Assembly (NCBI RefSeq): GCF_963921235.1
Contig: NC_086097.1
Span: 197,720,001-197,784,000 of the forward strand
Origin: Mobula hypostoma
Taxonomy: Eukaryota
Reading direction: 5' to 3'
DNA length: 64,000 bases
A program made the position numbers and the translations under genes. The notes under the pieces are model-generated. The model saw only the letters and a program-made list of their open reading frames with translations, searched no databases and was not told where the DNA came from. Shown one piece after another: positions 23,251 through 36,934 of the stretch. Positions within the stretch are counted from its first letter, which is position 1. Every line of letters starts with the position of its first letter.

Positions 23251-24534
23251 TATTACGTTACCATCTCATCCATTTTGCTCACTTATTTTACCCTCCTTTC
23301 AGCATGTTTATCCTATCTTGTATTTCACCCTTTTCTGCCTTAAGAACAACATCAGCATTATTCTCCTCATAATAATCTGTCGACATTTCAAGCCAAGACT
23401 TTGCAATAGGCTGAGACTCCTCATAATTTTGTGTGTATTGCTTAGAGGGAATAAGTGACCTTCTTCTCCAAATACATATGTATGTATTTTTTTCCAAGTT
23501 ACAAACAGAGGTAAACAGAGGTACACAGAGGCTTGCATTCAATGAAAACTATATTTTGTTTAGTCATGGTTGCAATTGCTTGTTTTTGGCTGCAATGTTT
23601 ATCACTCTCTCTTGCTGAGCATGCATGAGATTTTAGTCTCTGATTCACATCAGTTTATCATTACTGTGTCCAGATGGCAGTCTCCTGGAAGTAAATGTTA
23701 TAGTTGTAAAGATAATTTCCAGACGACAAAGGTCACAGGGGCCACTGACATCAATCCAGGTGCTTCTCAAAAGCAGGAACTGTATAAATAATGATCCTGC
23801 CAAAGTGTATGTGTACTAGCCAACCTCAGCCAAATTTAGGATATAAAACACTCAAGAAAGGACTGTTCAACATGTTCTTCCACATTCATCAAAAAGGTTA
23901 TGAGCTCAAACTTTCATTTATATTTACTGAAAGTTTATATATAAACTTTCATTTATATGTCCCCATTACTGAGGACAGCACTAAGCTTTTGGATGTATAC
24001 ATTATTCAGTTATTATAAATGAGTACAAATTTTATCTGTCATCTTTACTCAGACTTTGTTAAACTCTTTTTCATTCTTGATTTAGATTTATTTCAACTTT
24101 ACTACTTAAAAATATAATTTAGGACACTCAGAGTGTCTGTGGAAATGGAATGAAAAAGTAGACTTGATGTCAGAATCAGGCCTGATCTTATTGAATAGTT
24201 GAGCTCACATCTGCTCCCATTTTTTTTGTTTTAATTGTTCGTATTCCCATATGCTAGTGTTTGCAAATCATTCCATAAATCTTCCAGGATTTATAATAGG
24301 AGTTAGCTTTTTGATAGAATTTTCAAAGTCCATTCCCCTAGAACTATACTTTCTTCAGTTAAATATTAATCTTTTCATTATGCATATTTACAGTCAACTG
24401 CACCTTTAAGTGAAACTTTTTACAATAGTTACTGGTGTGTAATAAATTTATCCCCATGAAAAATAATGTACATTGTATTGATGTCCGAATATTCAATGTC
24501 AACCTCACAGTGAAACGGATAGCTTAGATATTTG

Positions 24535-24645
24535 AAAAGCAAAAGTCTGCAGGTGCTTGCACTCTGAAATAAGAAGTAAAAATGCTAGAAATGCTCAGGA
24601 GATTGGGCAGTATCTCATCTGACCTGCCGGGTATTTCCAGACCTT
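24535..24645. mobile_element. Tiny degraded PLE-terminus fold-back remnant
   Basis: The minus-strand PLE tail and terminus (ctgcaggtgct...aatgctagaaatgctcagg) is followed by a plus-strand terminus (ctgacctgccgggtatttccag). Confidence 0.5.
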
Positions 24646-26120
24646 GTTCATGTCCTGTGATTGAGGTACTTCATTAAAATATGCTGTGTATATTTTATTT
24701 CAGATGTTAAATGGAACACTTTTTTTTCAAAATGTCATTTGATAATTTGTATGTTTCTAAAGAGGAACCTTTACTGAGATAATCCCAATGTTAAAAATTA
24801 TAATTTATTTCTTGAAAGTTAAATATCTGTTTGCTGATCACAATGGTGCAAGTAAGAAAAGAAATATTGGTCAGCATTTTGTTGAAATCGGAAGGTTGCA
24901 TTTATAAAATCATTAAAACTAATTAATAAATCATTTCCACAACATTTACAATAGTTACCATTGGGATTATTATTCATTTTGTATATGGTTATAATATATC
25001 TACCTGATATGATGGAAATGGAATAGGAGTAGGCTATCTGATGCTTTGAAATTTCTCTGCTATTCATTGATATCATGGTTGATCTTTTAATTCCGTACCA
25101 TTTTCTTCCACTATCCTCATCCCTTGATTCACTCAGTATCCAGACAGGATGACATTTTTGAGGTTATATGATTATTTATTGAAACAGGTCAGCAGGTTTG
25201 GCTGGTTTGTCAATTTAAGGCGAGTTCTCAGGTTTAGATCTGGCTTGCTCAGAAAACAAAAACGCGTATCACAACAGTTTCTCATTGGGGTGTTTGTTCT
25301 GAGCAGTCTATAATTTCAATCTGGGGTAAGAAGATGGAGCAATTTTTTTGAAGATTCTTAATGCTGATTATATACGCATCCTTGCAGAGGAACAACATGA
25401 GATTAGGTAGTAACACCTCTGTATTTAAATAGTCTGCAATATTGACTGTTAAGACCTGCAGATAGCAGGGAATACAGAGCTGTTAAGTTAATGAAGTCAA
25501 ATGGTGGGGCATGTTTGAGGGGCCAATTGACTGAATGTGGCTCCTAATGATAAGAAACCCTGTTTGTATGCTGAGTGATCGTTGTGGGATTCTGCCCTAA
25601 TTAGTCACAAGCTGAAAGTGAGGCAACAAAAGCTGCAAGGAGGGGAAAGTTTGTCTCAGATGAACGGAACTGACATAATCTCATGCCTCGAATAAATTAA
25701 CGTAACTACATAAATTTCTGTCTGCACTCTTGATGCAGTAATGCAGCAGGTCCAATGAGTTACACGAGTGAGTGCTGGAGACACAGTAGCAATAGTATCA
25801 ATATAAGGCATTACAGAGGAGCTGACCAAAGTGGCTTGGAAGGGGACATTAGCAGGGATGAGCAGCTTCTGGGAGTAAATTGAAAAGCTCAGGATTGGTT
25901 CATCCCAAAGAAGGAAAATTATTCTCAAGGGAGGATGAGGCAACTGTTGAGCATAAAAAGCAAAAGAGGACATACAATATAGCAAAAAATGATGATTGGG
26001 AAGCTTTTAAAAACCATCAGAAGGCAACTAAGAGAGCAATAAGGAGGGAAAATATGAAATATAAAGGTAAGCTAGTTAGTAGTGTAAAAAGAGGATACCA
26101 AAAGTTTTTATTTTCAGATA

Positions 26121-26362
26121 ATGTGTATTTAATATTTAAGTAATATTCCAGTAATCTTGAATGCATATACAGAATATTGGTTGATCAAGTATTTTTGTTT
26201 GTTTAAATAATTCATTACAAATTATATGTATAAATTCTTGAATTGCATACATCATGACACCGCCAAGTGATATGTGCGTGCCTCGCTTAAAGTAAATGGG
26301 AACTTAGACCTGCACTCCCGGACTCCTGTGCCTTCCTTTGAATTAGTTTAACGTTTTGAAAT
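26121..26362. mobile_element. Unclassified ~240-bp insertion, possibly a solo-LTR fragment
   Basis: Non-CR1 sequence interrupts the CR1 text ttcagata|...|atatatgaagagt. No clean TG..CA ends or TSD seen. Confidence 0.35.
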
Positions 26363-27389
26363 TATATATGAAGAGTAAAAGAGAGTCAAGAGTGGACTTA
26401 AAGGTACTAATGGAGAATAAAGAAACGGGGGGGAGGGTGAACTCAGTATATTATTTTATACTAGAAATTCATGAGTGTCAGGGGGCAGAAGTAAGTACAG
26501 TTGCTATCAATAAGGAGAAGGTGCTTGGGAAGCTGAAAGGTCTGAAGGTAGATAAGTCACCTGGACCAGATAGACCCCAGGGTTCTGAAGAGGTAGTTAA
26601 AGGGATTGTGGAGGTGCTAGTAGTAATCTTTCAAGAATCACGAGATTCTGGAATGGTTCCAGAAGAGTGGAAAATTGCAAATGTCGCTCCACTCTTTAAA
26701 AAGGGAGGGAGCAAAAGACAGGAAATGTCAGCATGGTTTCCATAAGGTGAAATCTTGCCTGATAAATCTGTTGGATTTCTTTGGGGAAATAATAGCTAGA
26801 ATAGACAGAGATAGTCAGTGGATTTCATTTTCTTGGATTTTCAGAAGGTTTTTTAACAAGGTGCCACACATGAGACTACTTAACAAGATAAGAGCCCATG
26901 GTATTACAGGAAAGATACTAGCATGGACAGAAGATTAGCTTACTGCCAGGAGGTAAAGAGTGGGAATAAAAGGAACCTTTTCCTCTTGGTTCCGATGATT
27001 ACTGGTGTTCCACAGGGGTTGGTGTTCGGTTTACTACTTTACACATAAAAGGTTAAAGATCTGGTTGATGGAATTGATAGCTTTGTGGCCAAGTTTATGG
27101 ATGATTTAAAGGTAGATGGAGTGGTAAGTGGTGTTGAGAAAGCAGAGAAGCTACAGGAGGACTTGGACCGATTAGGGGAATGGCAAAGAAGTGGTAGATG
27201 GTATACAGTGTAGGGAAGTGTATAATAACACACTATGTTAGGAGGAATAGCGGCATAGATTATTTTCTAGGTGGGGAGTGAATTCAGAGATTGGAGGTGC
27301 AAAGAGACTTAAGAGTTCTTGTGCAGGATTGCGTGAAGGATAACTTGCAGGTTGAGTCAGTAATAAGAAAAGCAAATAAAATGTTAGTA

Positions 27390-28204
27390 TAGGTGCACAT
27401 TCCTTTATCTGAAATTCTGAAATCCAAAAAGCTCTGAAAACCGAAGTTTTTTTCGCCAACAGCTAACATCACTCAGGTGTGATGTGGCAGCACGAGCAGA
27501 GGCCGCCAGACGTCAGTTGTGGCTCAGTGCTCGTACTGGTTACACATGCATTTGCTGTTCGCTGAAATTTTGTGTTCACTGTTGACTTTGTGTTTAATTT
27601 CACTGTGAAAATGTCAAAAAGAGCTGCAGATACCCCTATGGGTAACAATGAGAAAAAGAGTAGGAATCTTCTCTATCAATAACACAGAAAGTGGAGTTAT
27701 TACAGAAGCTGTGTGTCTGTGCGGCGTCTTACTGAAGAAAATAGTGTCGGAACTACCACTGTATATGATTTAGGTAAACAGAAAGACAAGTTACTGAAGT
27801 TTTATAATGACACTGACGTTCTACATTTATTCCAGTAAGTCATTTACCATGTGTTTGATTCGGTTCATTTGAAGCTATGTATTTTTATGTTTTATTGAAT
27901 GCTTTTGTTGGAAATAAAATTTCTTCTTGTCATTATTCCCTAAACAATAGAGTATAACAATTATTTACATAGTATTTACATTGTATTAAGTATTATAAGT
28001 AATCTAGAGATAATTTAAAGTATACAGGAGGCTGTGCATAGGTTTGGTGCACCGCTGGGTCCTAAAGCCCTCTGCACTGACAGGTTAAATAAGGGACTTG
28101 AGCATACATTTTTTTGGTATGGGGGGGCGGTCTGAAATCTGAAAAATTCTGAATTCCGAAATGCATCTGGTCCCAAGGATTTCAGATAAGGGATTGTGGA
28201 CCTG
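27390..28204 (+). mobile_element. Non-autonomous pogo/Tigger-like DNA transposon
   Basis: TA TSD at 27388-27389 and 28205-28206. ~26-bp TIRs taggtgcacattcctttatctgaaat / atttcagataagggattgtggacctg. A CENP-B-type HTH remnant starts at 27611: MSKRAADTPMG...QKVELLQKL...GTTTVYDL.KQKDKLLKFY. Confidence 0.9.
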
Positions 28205-29487
28205 TATTCATTTTGACAGGAGTAAAATATAAAAGTAAGGATGTAATGGTGAAGCTTTACAAGGCATTAGTCAGACCGCAGTTGGAATGCTGAGAATGGT
28301 TTTGGGCCTGATCTCCAAGAAATGCTGTGCTGACATTTGGGGGTGGGGGGGGGGTCCAGAGGACGCTTATGAGTATGATTCAGGAATAAATGTATGAGGA
28401 GCATTTGATAGCTCTTGGTCTGTACTTGCTGGAGTTTAGGAAAATGCGGTGGAAATCTCAATGTACTTAACCAAATTTGAAAGGCCCAGATGGAATGAAT
28501 GCAGAAAAGTTATTTCTAACACTGAAGGAGTCTTAAATCAGAGGGCACAGCTTCTATATACAAAGACTTCCCTTTAGTGCAGAGATGAAGGGAGGAATTT
28601 GTTTACCCAGAGGGTGGTGAATCTGTGGAATTCATTGTCTCAGATGGCTGTGGAGGCTAAGTCATTGGGTATATTTAAAGTGGAGGTTGAAAGGCTGATT
28701 AGTAAAGGTGTTGAAGGTTACAGTGATAAGGCAGGAGAATGAAGTTGAGAGGGAAAATAAATCAGTTGTGAGTGGAGGAGCAGACTTGGTGGGATGAATG
28801 ACCTCATTCTGATCCTGTGGCTTATAATATGTCTTCTTGAAAATCCTCCTTTTTCAAAATTCAAAGTAAATTTATTACCAATGTACATATATGTCACCAT
28901 CTATAACCCTGAAATTAATTTTCTTGTGGGCATACTGAATAAATCTAATAATCATAATAAAATCAATGAAAGACTGCACCAACAGGTGGATAACCAGTGT
29001 GCAAAAGATGATAAACTGTGCAAATACAAAAAGTAAGAAAGAATGGAAAAGATAATGATAGTAAATAAATAAGCAGTAAATATCAAGAGCATAAGATGAA
29101 GAATCCTTAAAAGTGACTCCATAGGTTGTGGGAGCATTTCAGTGATGTGACAATGAAGTTGAGTGAAGTTTGGTTCCAGAGCCTGATGGTTGAGGGTAAT
29201 AACTTCTTGAGTCCTGAGGCTCTTATTCCACATTCCTGATGGCATCAGCAAGAAGAGAGTCAGGATGGGTGTCCCTGATGATGGATGCTGTTTTTCTACA
29301 ACAATTCTCTGTGTAGATCTGCTCAATGGTGTTAGAGCTTTACTCGTGATGGACTGGGCTCTATCCACTACTTTTTGAAGGATTTTCTGTTCAAGGGCAT
29401 TGGCCTTGCCATACTAGGCTGTGATGCAGCCAGCCAATATACATCTCACCACACATCTATAGGAATTTGTCAAAAGTTTTAGATGTC

Positions 29488-32400
29488 GGGGACTTCTGCC
29501 TGCTGCCTAATGGAGTAACACACAATTTGTGTGGCTGCGTTTAATTCTTCCTTTTCCCCAGTTTAAACTCTGAATTTTTAACTTTTATTTGTCGGATCTT
29601 GGAGGGGAATAGTTGTCATTATGTCACAATCTTTAAGAAGTGGAAAGCAGCTTTCTGGATCCAGCAATGGAAAGGGAAAAACTTCAAAAGAAAAATCATA
29701 AGATATGCCTGTTTGGGCTGAGCGTTTAGAACATGCGTTGATGGCTCTCGACAAGAAAATAGATAATAACACTCCTGAGATGAAGTCGTTTCCACAAAGT
29801 TTTCATTTCGTAGAGGAAAGTATTATTTCCTTGAATTCTGAACTTAAAGAGTCGAAGCGTCAGATAGTGAATATTTCAGCCCACTTGGAACAGTCTCAAC
29901 GCAAGATCTCGTCGGAATAACATTCAAATTGTTGGACTGAAGGAAGGATCTGAGAGTGGGGATTTATTGGACTATTTTGCTAATTTGTTTCAATCTCTGT
30001 TTCTGGATATTTTGCCTCCGCCTCCCAATATTAAAAGAGTGCATAGAATTTTCACTTCGAAATCTCAAGATCCGAATAAACCAAGGTCAGTTTTGGTCAG
30101 CTTTCTTTGTTTCAAAGTTAAAGACCAAATCATAAAATATGCAAGGAAACACAGAGATTTTAAATTCAAGGATTCCGAGATTCTTTTTAATGAAGAAGTT
30201 ATGGAACAGCGGTTCAAATTCGTTCCAGCTATGAAGATAGCCCATGATAAGGGATTATTCCCAGCACTTCGCTATCCAGCCCGATTAAGATTATTTCCTA
30301 AAGATTCGACTCCACGTGTTTTTTTGGATCCCAAAGCGGCATTGGACTATGTTAATTCTATTTTGGAGGTGGCCGAGGTTGGAATGGTATTAGGTAATTT
30401 TCTGAAAGAAAACAAGCTTTGAACATTTATGATACGTTGATGATGTCCTTTGATCAATAGGCCATTTAAAGAAGATGTGAACTTCTTGATTTGACTGATG
30501 AATGACTTTTCCGAAATCTGTTTGGTATACTGAGTGAATTAACACAGCGGACAGATTGTTAACTGGTTTGATTATTTATAATTATCCTTCCTTTTCTTCA
30601 TTAATTAACTGATAGTTTTTATAGTTTATAAGGATTTTTTCTTATATATAGCGAGGAGTGCCTAGTAGATAGATAATTAGTCTCAGTTTTTCTTCTAAAA
30701 ACAGTTTTTTTTATTGGGCAGTAAGTCAAAAGGATAATGGCGCCAATTTTTCTTCGTCAGAGATTACATAGACATTTTTCTTTTTGTTTAGGTTTAATTT
30801 TATTGTTTTGACGTCTTTGGAGATTTTTTTGCATTCCCCAGTTTATTATTAATGATTAAGCATAAACATCTTTTTTTTCCCTCTGCAGGGCTTTCTTATT
30901 TTAGGGCCGTGTGTTTTTTTTTTGTAAATGATGGGGGGGGGGTGGGGTGGGAATTAAGGAAAACTTTTAAAATCGCTATTATAAATCGGGCAGCTCGCGG
31001 AATTCTGTTTCTTTTTTCTTTTTCTATGGGGACGCATTCTGGCTTTTTCTTTTTCTTTTTCTTTGCCGGAATACTCGTTTTTGGGATGGTGGGAGGATTG
31101 GGGTTAGTTTTGAACTACAGGTTTCGTTGTAGGATTAATTTTAGTTTTTTTTTCAGTTTTTTCTTATTGTATTTTTTCCTATTACGGAGTTCCGGAGCAT
31201 GCGTGTTATCTATATGGCTATACTTATCACCGCCATTTTTGATTAGCCTGCATTGGTATGCATGTATTTATGTGATTAAAAATATTTTATGGTAGTTAAA
31301 CAGATAAACGTTATTAGTTGGAACATACGTGGCTGGAATCATCCTAAGCGAAAGAAGACTTTTAAAATTATTAATTGATTCCAACCTGATATAATTTTTG
31401 CTCAAGAAACGCATATCAGAACAGGTGATCAAAATAGATTTTTTAAAATGTGGAACAGGCTTCAATATCATGCCACTTGTCAAAATAAAACACAGGGAGT
31501 ATCTATTTTTATTAAATCTAATATTTTATTTATCCAAGAAGACATTGTGTCAAATACTAATGGTAGATTTTTATTGTCAAGGAACAATTTGTAATAGAAA
31601 AATTGTCCTGGTTAATCTATATGGACCTAATGTAGATGATCCTTCTTTTTTTAAAAAGGTATTTGGCTTATTGCCAGATTTAAATGAATATATGTTGTTA
31701 ATGGGTGGTGATTTTAACTGTTGTTTAAATCTTTTGATTGACAAGAGTTCAACTGAACAGCGGCTTCCGAGTTGTTCAGCTTATTAACTCTTTTTTAATT
31801 GATTATGGTTTGATCGAAATCTGGAGATATCTACATCCTAATGACAAAGATTATTCCTTTTATTCACATGTTCACAAAAAATATTTGAGAATCGATTATT
31901 TTATAGCTGATTTCCGATTTTTGTCCAAAGTCCGGAAATGTGAATATGATGCTATTGTTGTTTCGGATCATGCGCCTTTAAGCTTAGCTTTTGAATTGAA
32001 TGATGTCGGTATTGCAAACTTGCCTTGGCGTTTTCCAGAAAATTTATTACAAAGTTCAGACTTTGTCAAATTTATTGAGACTCAGATAAAAGATTTTTTT
32101 CTTTTTAACAATACGGGAGATGTGTTGAAATTGATTATATGGGATACATTTAAAGCATATTTGCGAGGTCAGATAATCTCCTATTTAGCTAAACGTAAGA
32201 AACAGACAAAAATAGAGTTAGGTAAGATTTTAAAACAAATTAAAGACTTGGATAATATTTATGTGATCTCTCCTAATATTGATTTATTTAAGCAAAGGGT
32301 TGAACTTCAATCACAATATATTTACTGTTAACCTATCCCATTGAAAGAAATTTACTTAAATTGAAAAGTCAATTTTATGTGTTTGGAGATAAAAATAATA

Positions 32401-35400
32401 AGCTATTAGCATCCCAATTAAAGGCAGCTAGAGCTAAAAGGCAAATTTTTAAAAATCGTGAGGGAGACTTGTAATTATGAAGACATTAATAAAATTTTTC
32501 AAGACTTTTACATTGAACTTTATAAATCTCAGTTTCCAACTGATCCTTCTAAAATGAATGCCTTTTTACAAAAGGTTGATTTTCCTAGAATATCTGTTGA
32601 AAATCAACAAACTCTTGATACTCCTATTACTGAAAAAGAAATTCAGAAAGCTATTCTTTCAATGCAATCTGGTAAAGCTCCTGGATTGGATGGTTATTCT
32701 GTAGGATATTATTAAAAAATTGAAAAATTGCTTTCTCCATATATGTTGGAAACGCTTAAAGATTCTTTTTCGTTAGGAGAGTTACCTCCCACGTTTTATG
32801 AAGCTTCTATTTCTTTAATTCTTAAGAAAGATGAAGACCCTACTGACTGTGTTTCATATAGACCTACTTTATTATTAAATGTGGATGCTAAAATTCTTTC
32901 AAAAATAATGGCTAATCAATTGGAGAATATTCTAGCTGAAGTTATCTCTCAGGACCAAACAGGTTTTGTAAAGTGCCGTTAATCCTTATCTAATACCTGT
33001 ACTTGGAGACTGTTAAATGTTATATACTCATCCTTTTCTAAGACTCCCCAATGTGTTGTTTCTCTTGATGCTGAAAAGGCATTTAATAGAGTTGAATGGA
33101 AACACTTATTTAACGTTTTAGAGAAATTCAACTTTGGTACTAATTCTAATAAGTGGATTAGCATGACATATAAAAGCCCTATTGCTACTGTTATTGCTAA
33201 TAATTGCAGATCTCTTTTTTTTTTGACTTTCGCCGGGTATGAGACAAGGATGTACATTAAGTCCCCTGTTATTTAATTTGGTGTTGGAACCCTTGGCCAT
33301 TGCACTTTGTGAAGCTAAAGATATCCATGGAATTTCCACAAATGGGACTATTCATACCATCTCCCTTTATGTCGATGATCTCTTAGTTTATGTTTCGAAT
33401 CCTGAAGAATCTATTCCTAGTTTATTGAAATTATTAAATGAATTTGGAAAGTTTTCGGGATATAAACTAAACCTTCATAAAAGTGAATTATTTCCTCTAA
33501 ATGATTCTGCTTCTATATATGATGACATTCCTTTTAAAGATACAGACCCTTTTAAATATTTAGGTATTATTATCACTAAAAATTACAGAGACCTTTATAG
33601 AGCTAATTTGGTTCCTTTAGTGGATTTTACAAAGCAATTATTTTGTAGATGGAATCCACTTACACTTTCGTTAACTGGCCGAATTCATGCAGTTAAAATG
33701 ATGATTTTACCAAAATTTTTATATGTATTTCAAAATATTACTTTTTTAACTAAGAAGTTTTTTGATCAGGTTGATTCTATTATTTCATCTTTTGTTTGGA
33801 ATAATATAAGACCAAGGATTGGAAAATATCATTTACAAAAATTAAAAAAGGATGGAGGTCTTGCTCTGCCTAATTTAAGAATGTACTATTGGGCTGTTAA
33901 TATACGTTATATATGTTCATGGTTATATTGGGCTGATAAAAATGAATGACCACCTTGGGTTGATTTGGAATTGAAAGCTGTGAAACAATTTTACTTAACT
34001 TTGTTATTAGGAGCTTCTTTACCTGTACAACTGGCCAAAATTTCTAATTTAAATTTATATCCTATGATTAAGCAGTCATTACGAATTTTCAGTTTCGTAA
34101 TTTTTTTAATCTCAAAAAATTTAACCTTCTTAGTTTAATTTATTGAAATTATTATTTAAACCTTCACTAAGTGATCCTACCTTTTTTCTTTGGAGGAATA
34201 AAGGAGTCTATTCCTTCATGGATCTGTTCCAAGAAGGTTGATTGATGTCTTTTGAGAAATTAGTAACTAAATACTCTCTCTCATACTCACATTTCTTGCA
34301 ATATCGTCAGGTCAGACATTTCTTACAAGAATATTTGAGTAATTTTCCATATATATAGGATTCTGACCTGTTAGACATTATTTTAAAAATGAATCCTTTA
34401 GTGAAAGGTTTTATTGGGAAAATTTATAATTTACTATTACAGCAGTACAATTATCTTTAATTAAGATTAAGCAAGATTGGAAAAGAGAGCTGAACATGAC
34501 CTTGGTAACAGAGGATTGGTTGTGAATTTTGAAGTTGTTTAACTCTTCTTCGATTTGTGCCAGTCACTTTTTTATTCAATTTAAAATTGGTCTTATGTAG
34601 GCCTTTGACAATGTTCTACACGGAAGGTTAGTTAGGAAAGTTCAGTCGTTAGGTATTAATATTGAAGTAGTAAAATGGATTCAGCAGTGGCTGGATGGGA
34701 GACGCCAGAGAGTAGTGGTGGATAACTGTTTGTCAGAATGGAGGCCGGTGACTAGTGGTGTGTCTCAGGGATCTGTACTGGGTCCAATGTTGTTTGTCAT
34801 ATATATTAATGATCTGGATGATGGGGTGGTAAATTGGATTAGTAAGTATGCAGATGATACTAAGATAGGTGGAGTTGTGGATAATGAAGTAGGTTTTCAA
34901 AGCTTGCAGAGAGATTTAGGCCAGTTAGAAGAGTGGGCTGAAAGGTGGCAGATGGAGTTTAATGCTGATAAATGTGAGGTGCTACATTTTGGTAGAATTA
35001 ATCAAAATAGGATATACATGGTAAATGGTAGGGCATTGAAGAATGCAGTAGGACAGAGGGATCTAGGAATAATGGTGCATAGTTCCCTGAAGGTGGAATC
35101 TCATGTGGATAGGGTGGTGAAGAAAGTTTTTGGTATGCTGGCCTTTATAAATCAGAGCATTGAGTATAGGAGTTGGGATGTAATGTTGAAATTGTACAAG
35201 GTATTGGTAAGGCCAAATTTGGAGTATTGGGTACAGTTTTGGTCACCGAATTACAGGAAAGATGTCAACAAAATAGAGAGAGTACAGAGAAGATTTACTA
35301 GAATGTTACCTGGGCTTCGTCCCCTGAGTTACAGAGAAAGGTTGAACAAGTTGGGTCTTTATTCTTTGGAGTGTAGAAGGTTGAGGGGGGATATTGAAAG

Positions 35401-36573
35401 AGGTATTTAGAATTATGAGGGGGATAAAGTTGACGTGGATAGGCTTCCCCCATTGATAGTGGGTAAATTCAAACAAGAGGACATGAGTTGAGAGTTAAAG
35501 GGCAAAAGTTTAGGGGTAACATGAGGGGGAACTTCTTTACTCAGAGAGTGGTAGCTGTGGGGAACGAGTTTCCAGCGGAAGTGGTTGAGGCAGTTTCGAT
35601 GTTGTTATTTAAAATTAAATTGGATAGCTATATGGACAGGAAAGGAATGGAGGGTTATGGGCTGATTGCAGGTCGGTGGGACTAGGTGAGAGTAAGAGTT
35701 CGGCACAGACTAGAAGGGCCAAGATGGCCTGTTTCCATGCTGTAATTGTTATATGGTTATATATTGTACATTGTTACTATTTGACAAAGGAGAGACTGTC
35801 TAAAATATTTCCTAATGTTGATAGTCAGTGTGATAGATGTAAAACCGAGACAGCTACATTGACACATATGTTTTGGTTGTGTTCTGTACTGAAACAGTTT
35901 TGGAAATCTATTTTCTCTACAATTTCTAAAGCTTTAAAAATTAATTTGCAACGTAATAAATTGACAGTTTTGTTCAGTATAATCCCTCAATATATTCATG
36001 GTATTTTTATATCAGACCAACATGTAATTGCATTTGTTACATTATTGGCCAGAAGGGCTATTTTATTGAATTGTAAAGATACCTCTGCTCTCACTTTGAT
36101 ACAATGGTTCTCTCAGAAGATGCTATGTCTTAGTTTGGAGAAAATCAGAAGTCGAACTTTTGATCCTCAGTTTGACTTTGAGAAAAGGTGGGGTTCTTTT
36201 GCCCACTACTATCATCTGATTTGAGTTAATTAAGATAGTTTCCTTCTGATTCTTGTTTAAATGGATTTGAGTTGGCGGATTGATATTTTTCTTTTATGGA
36301 ATTTTGTATGGCGTATGGCTCCGGGATTGTGCTCCCAATGGTTTTTTTTGTTTTGTTTTGTTAGCAGGGTTTTTTTTTGTTTTAGTTAGTAGGGGTTCTT
36401 GTTTTTCTTCTTTTTTCCAAAAAAAAATAGTTTTAACACTTTATTTTTTTTTCTGATATATTGTTTAGTTTTGTTAATTAGTAATTTGGTAATTTAATTC
36501 CTCATTGTACATATTGACATGTTGACTTGATTACTTTATTTTTTTTGTTGAGCTTCAATAATAATTAATTAAA
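29488..36573 (+). mobile_element. Full-length, decayed L1-clade LINE with a 16-bp TSD
   Basis: TSD aaaagttttagatgtc at 29472-29487 and 36574-36589. ORF1 ~29621-30422 (PALRYPARLRL). ORF2 from ATG 31289 to 36224: SWNIRG, NLYGPN, GGDFN, RIDYF, SDHAPL, QDQTGF, LDAEKAF, RQGCTLSP, YVDDLL and a C-terminal CDRC..HMFWLC. A-rich tail. Confidence 0.95.
34590..35762 (+). mobile_element. 5'-truncated CR1 nested in L1 ORF2
   Basis: ORF 34715-35410 contains YADDTKIGG and RPNLEYWVQFWSP. The tail is (gttatatg)n. L1 text IQFKI|VHCYY resumes after it, and attg is duplicated on both sides. Confidence 0.92.
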
Positions 36574-36934
36574 AAAAGTTTTAGATGTCATGCAGGACCT
36601 TCGCAAACTCCCGAGGATGTAGATGTGCTGCCGTGTTTTCTTCCTAACTGTACTCACATGCTGAGCCCAGGATGATAACACTGAGGAATTTAAAGTTGCT
36701 GATCCTCTCCACTTTTGTTCCCCTTATGATGACCATAGACCTCTGGTTTTGTCCTCCTGAACTCAATAATCAACTCTGTGGTCTTGCTGAAACTGAGTAA
36801 GTGGTTGCTGTTGTGGCACCACTCAGCCAGATTTTCAGTCTTCCTGCTATATGTTGATTCATCCCCACCTTTGATTCTCCCTGCAACAGTGGTGTCTTCA
36901 GCGTAGGAAGAGTTAGGGAACGATCTCAGTGTAG

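Larger units (their letters stand above)
25790..28830 (+). mobile_element. Old CR1 ORF2 (host of the insertions at ~26121 and 27390)
   Basis: LKVDKSPGPD, PEEWKIANVAPLFKKG, QHGF..VKSCLINLLDFF, FMDDLKVDG and VVNLWNSL. Confidence 0.85.
28855..36900 (-). mobile_element. Rex1/Babar-clade LINE split by an L1 (pieces 28855-29487 and 36574-36900)
   Basis: MDRAQSITSKAL in the left piece. YAEDTTVAGRIKGGDES...LAEWCH...KTTELIIEFRR in the right piece. Confidence 0.8.
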
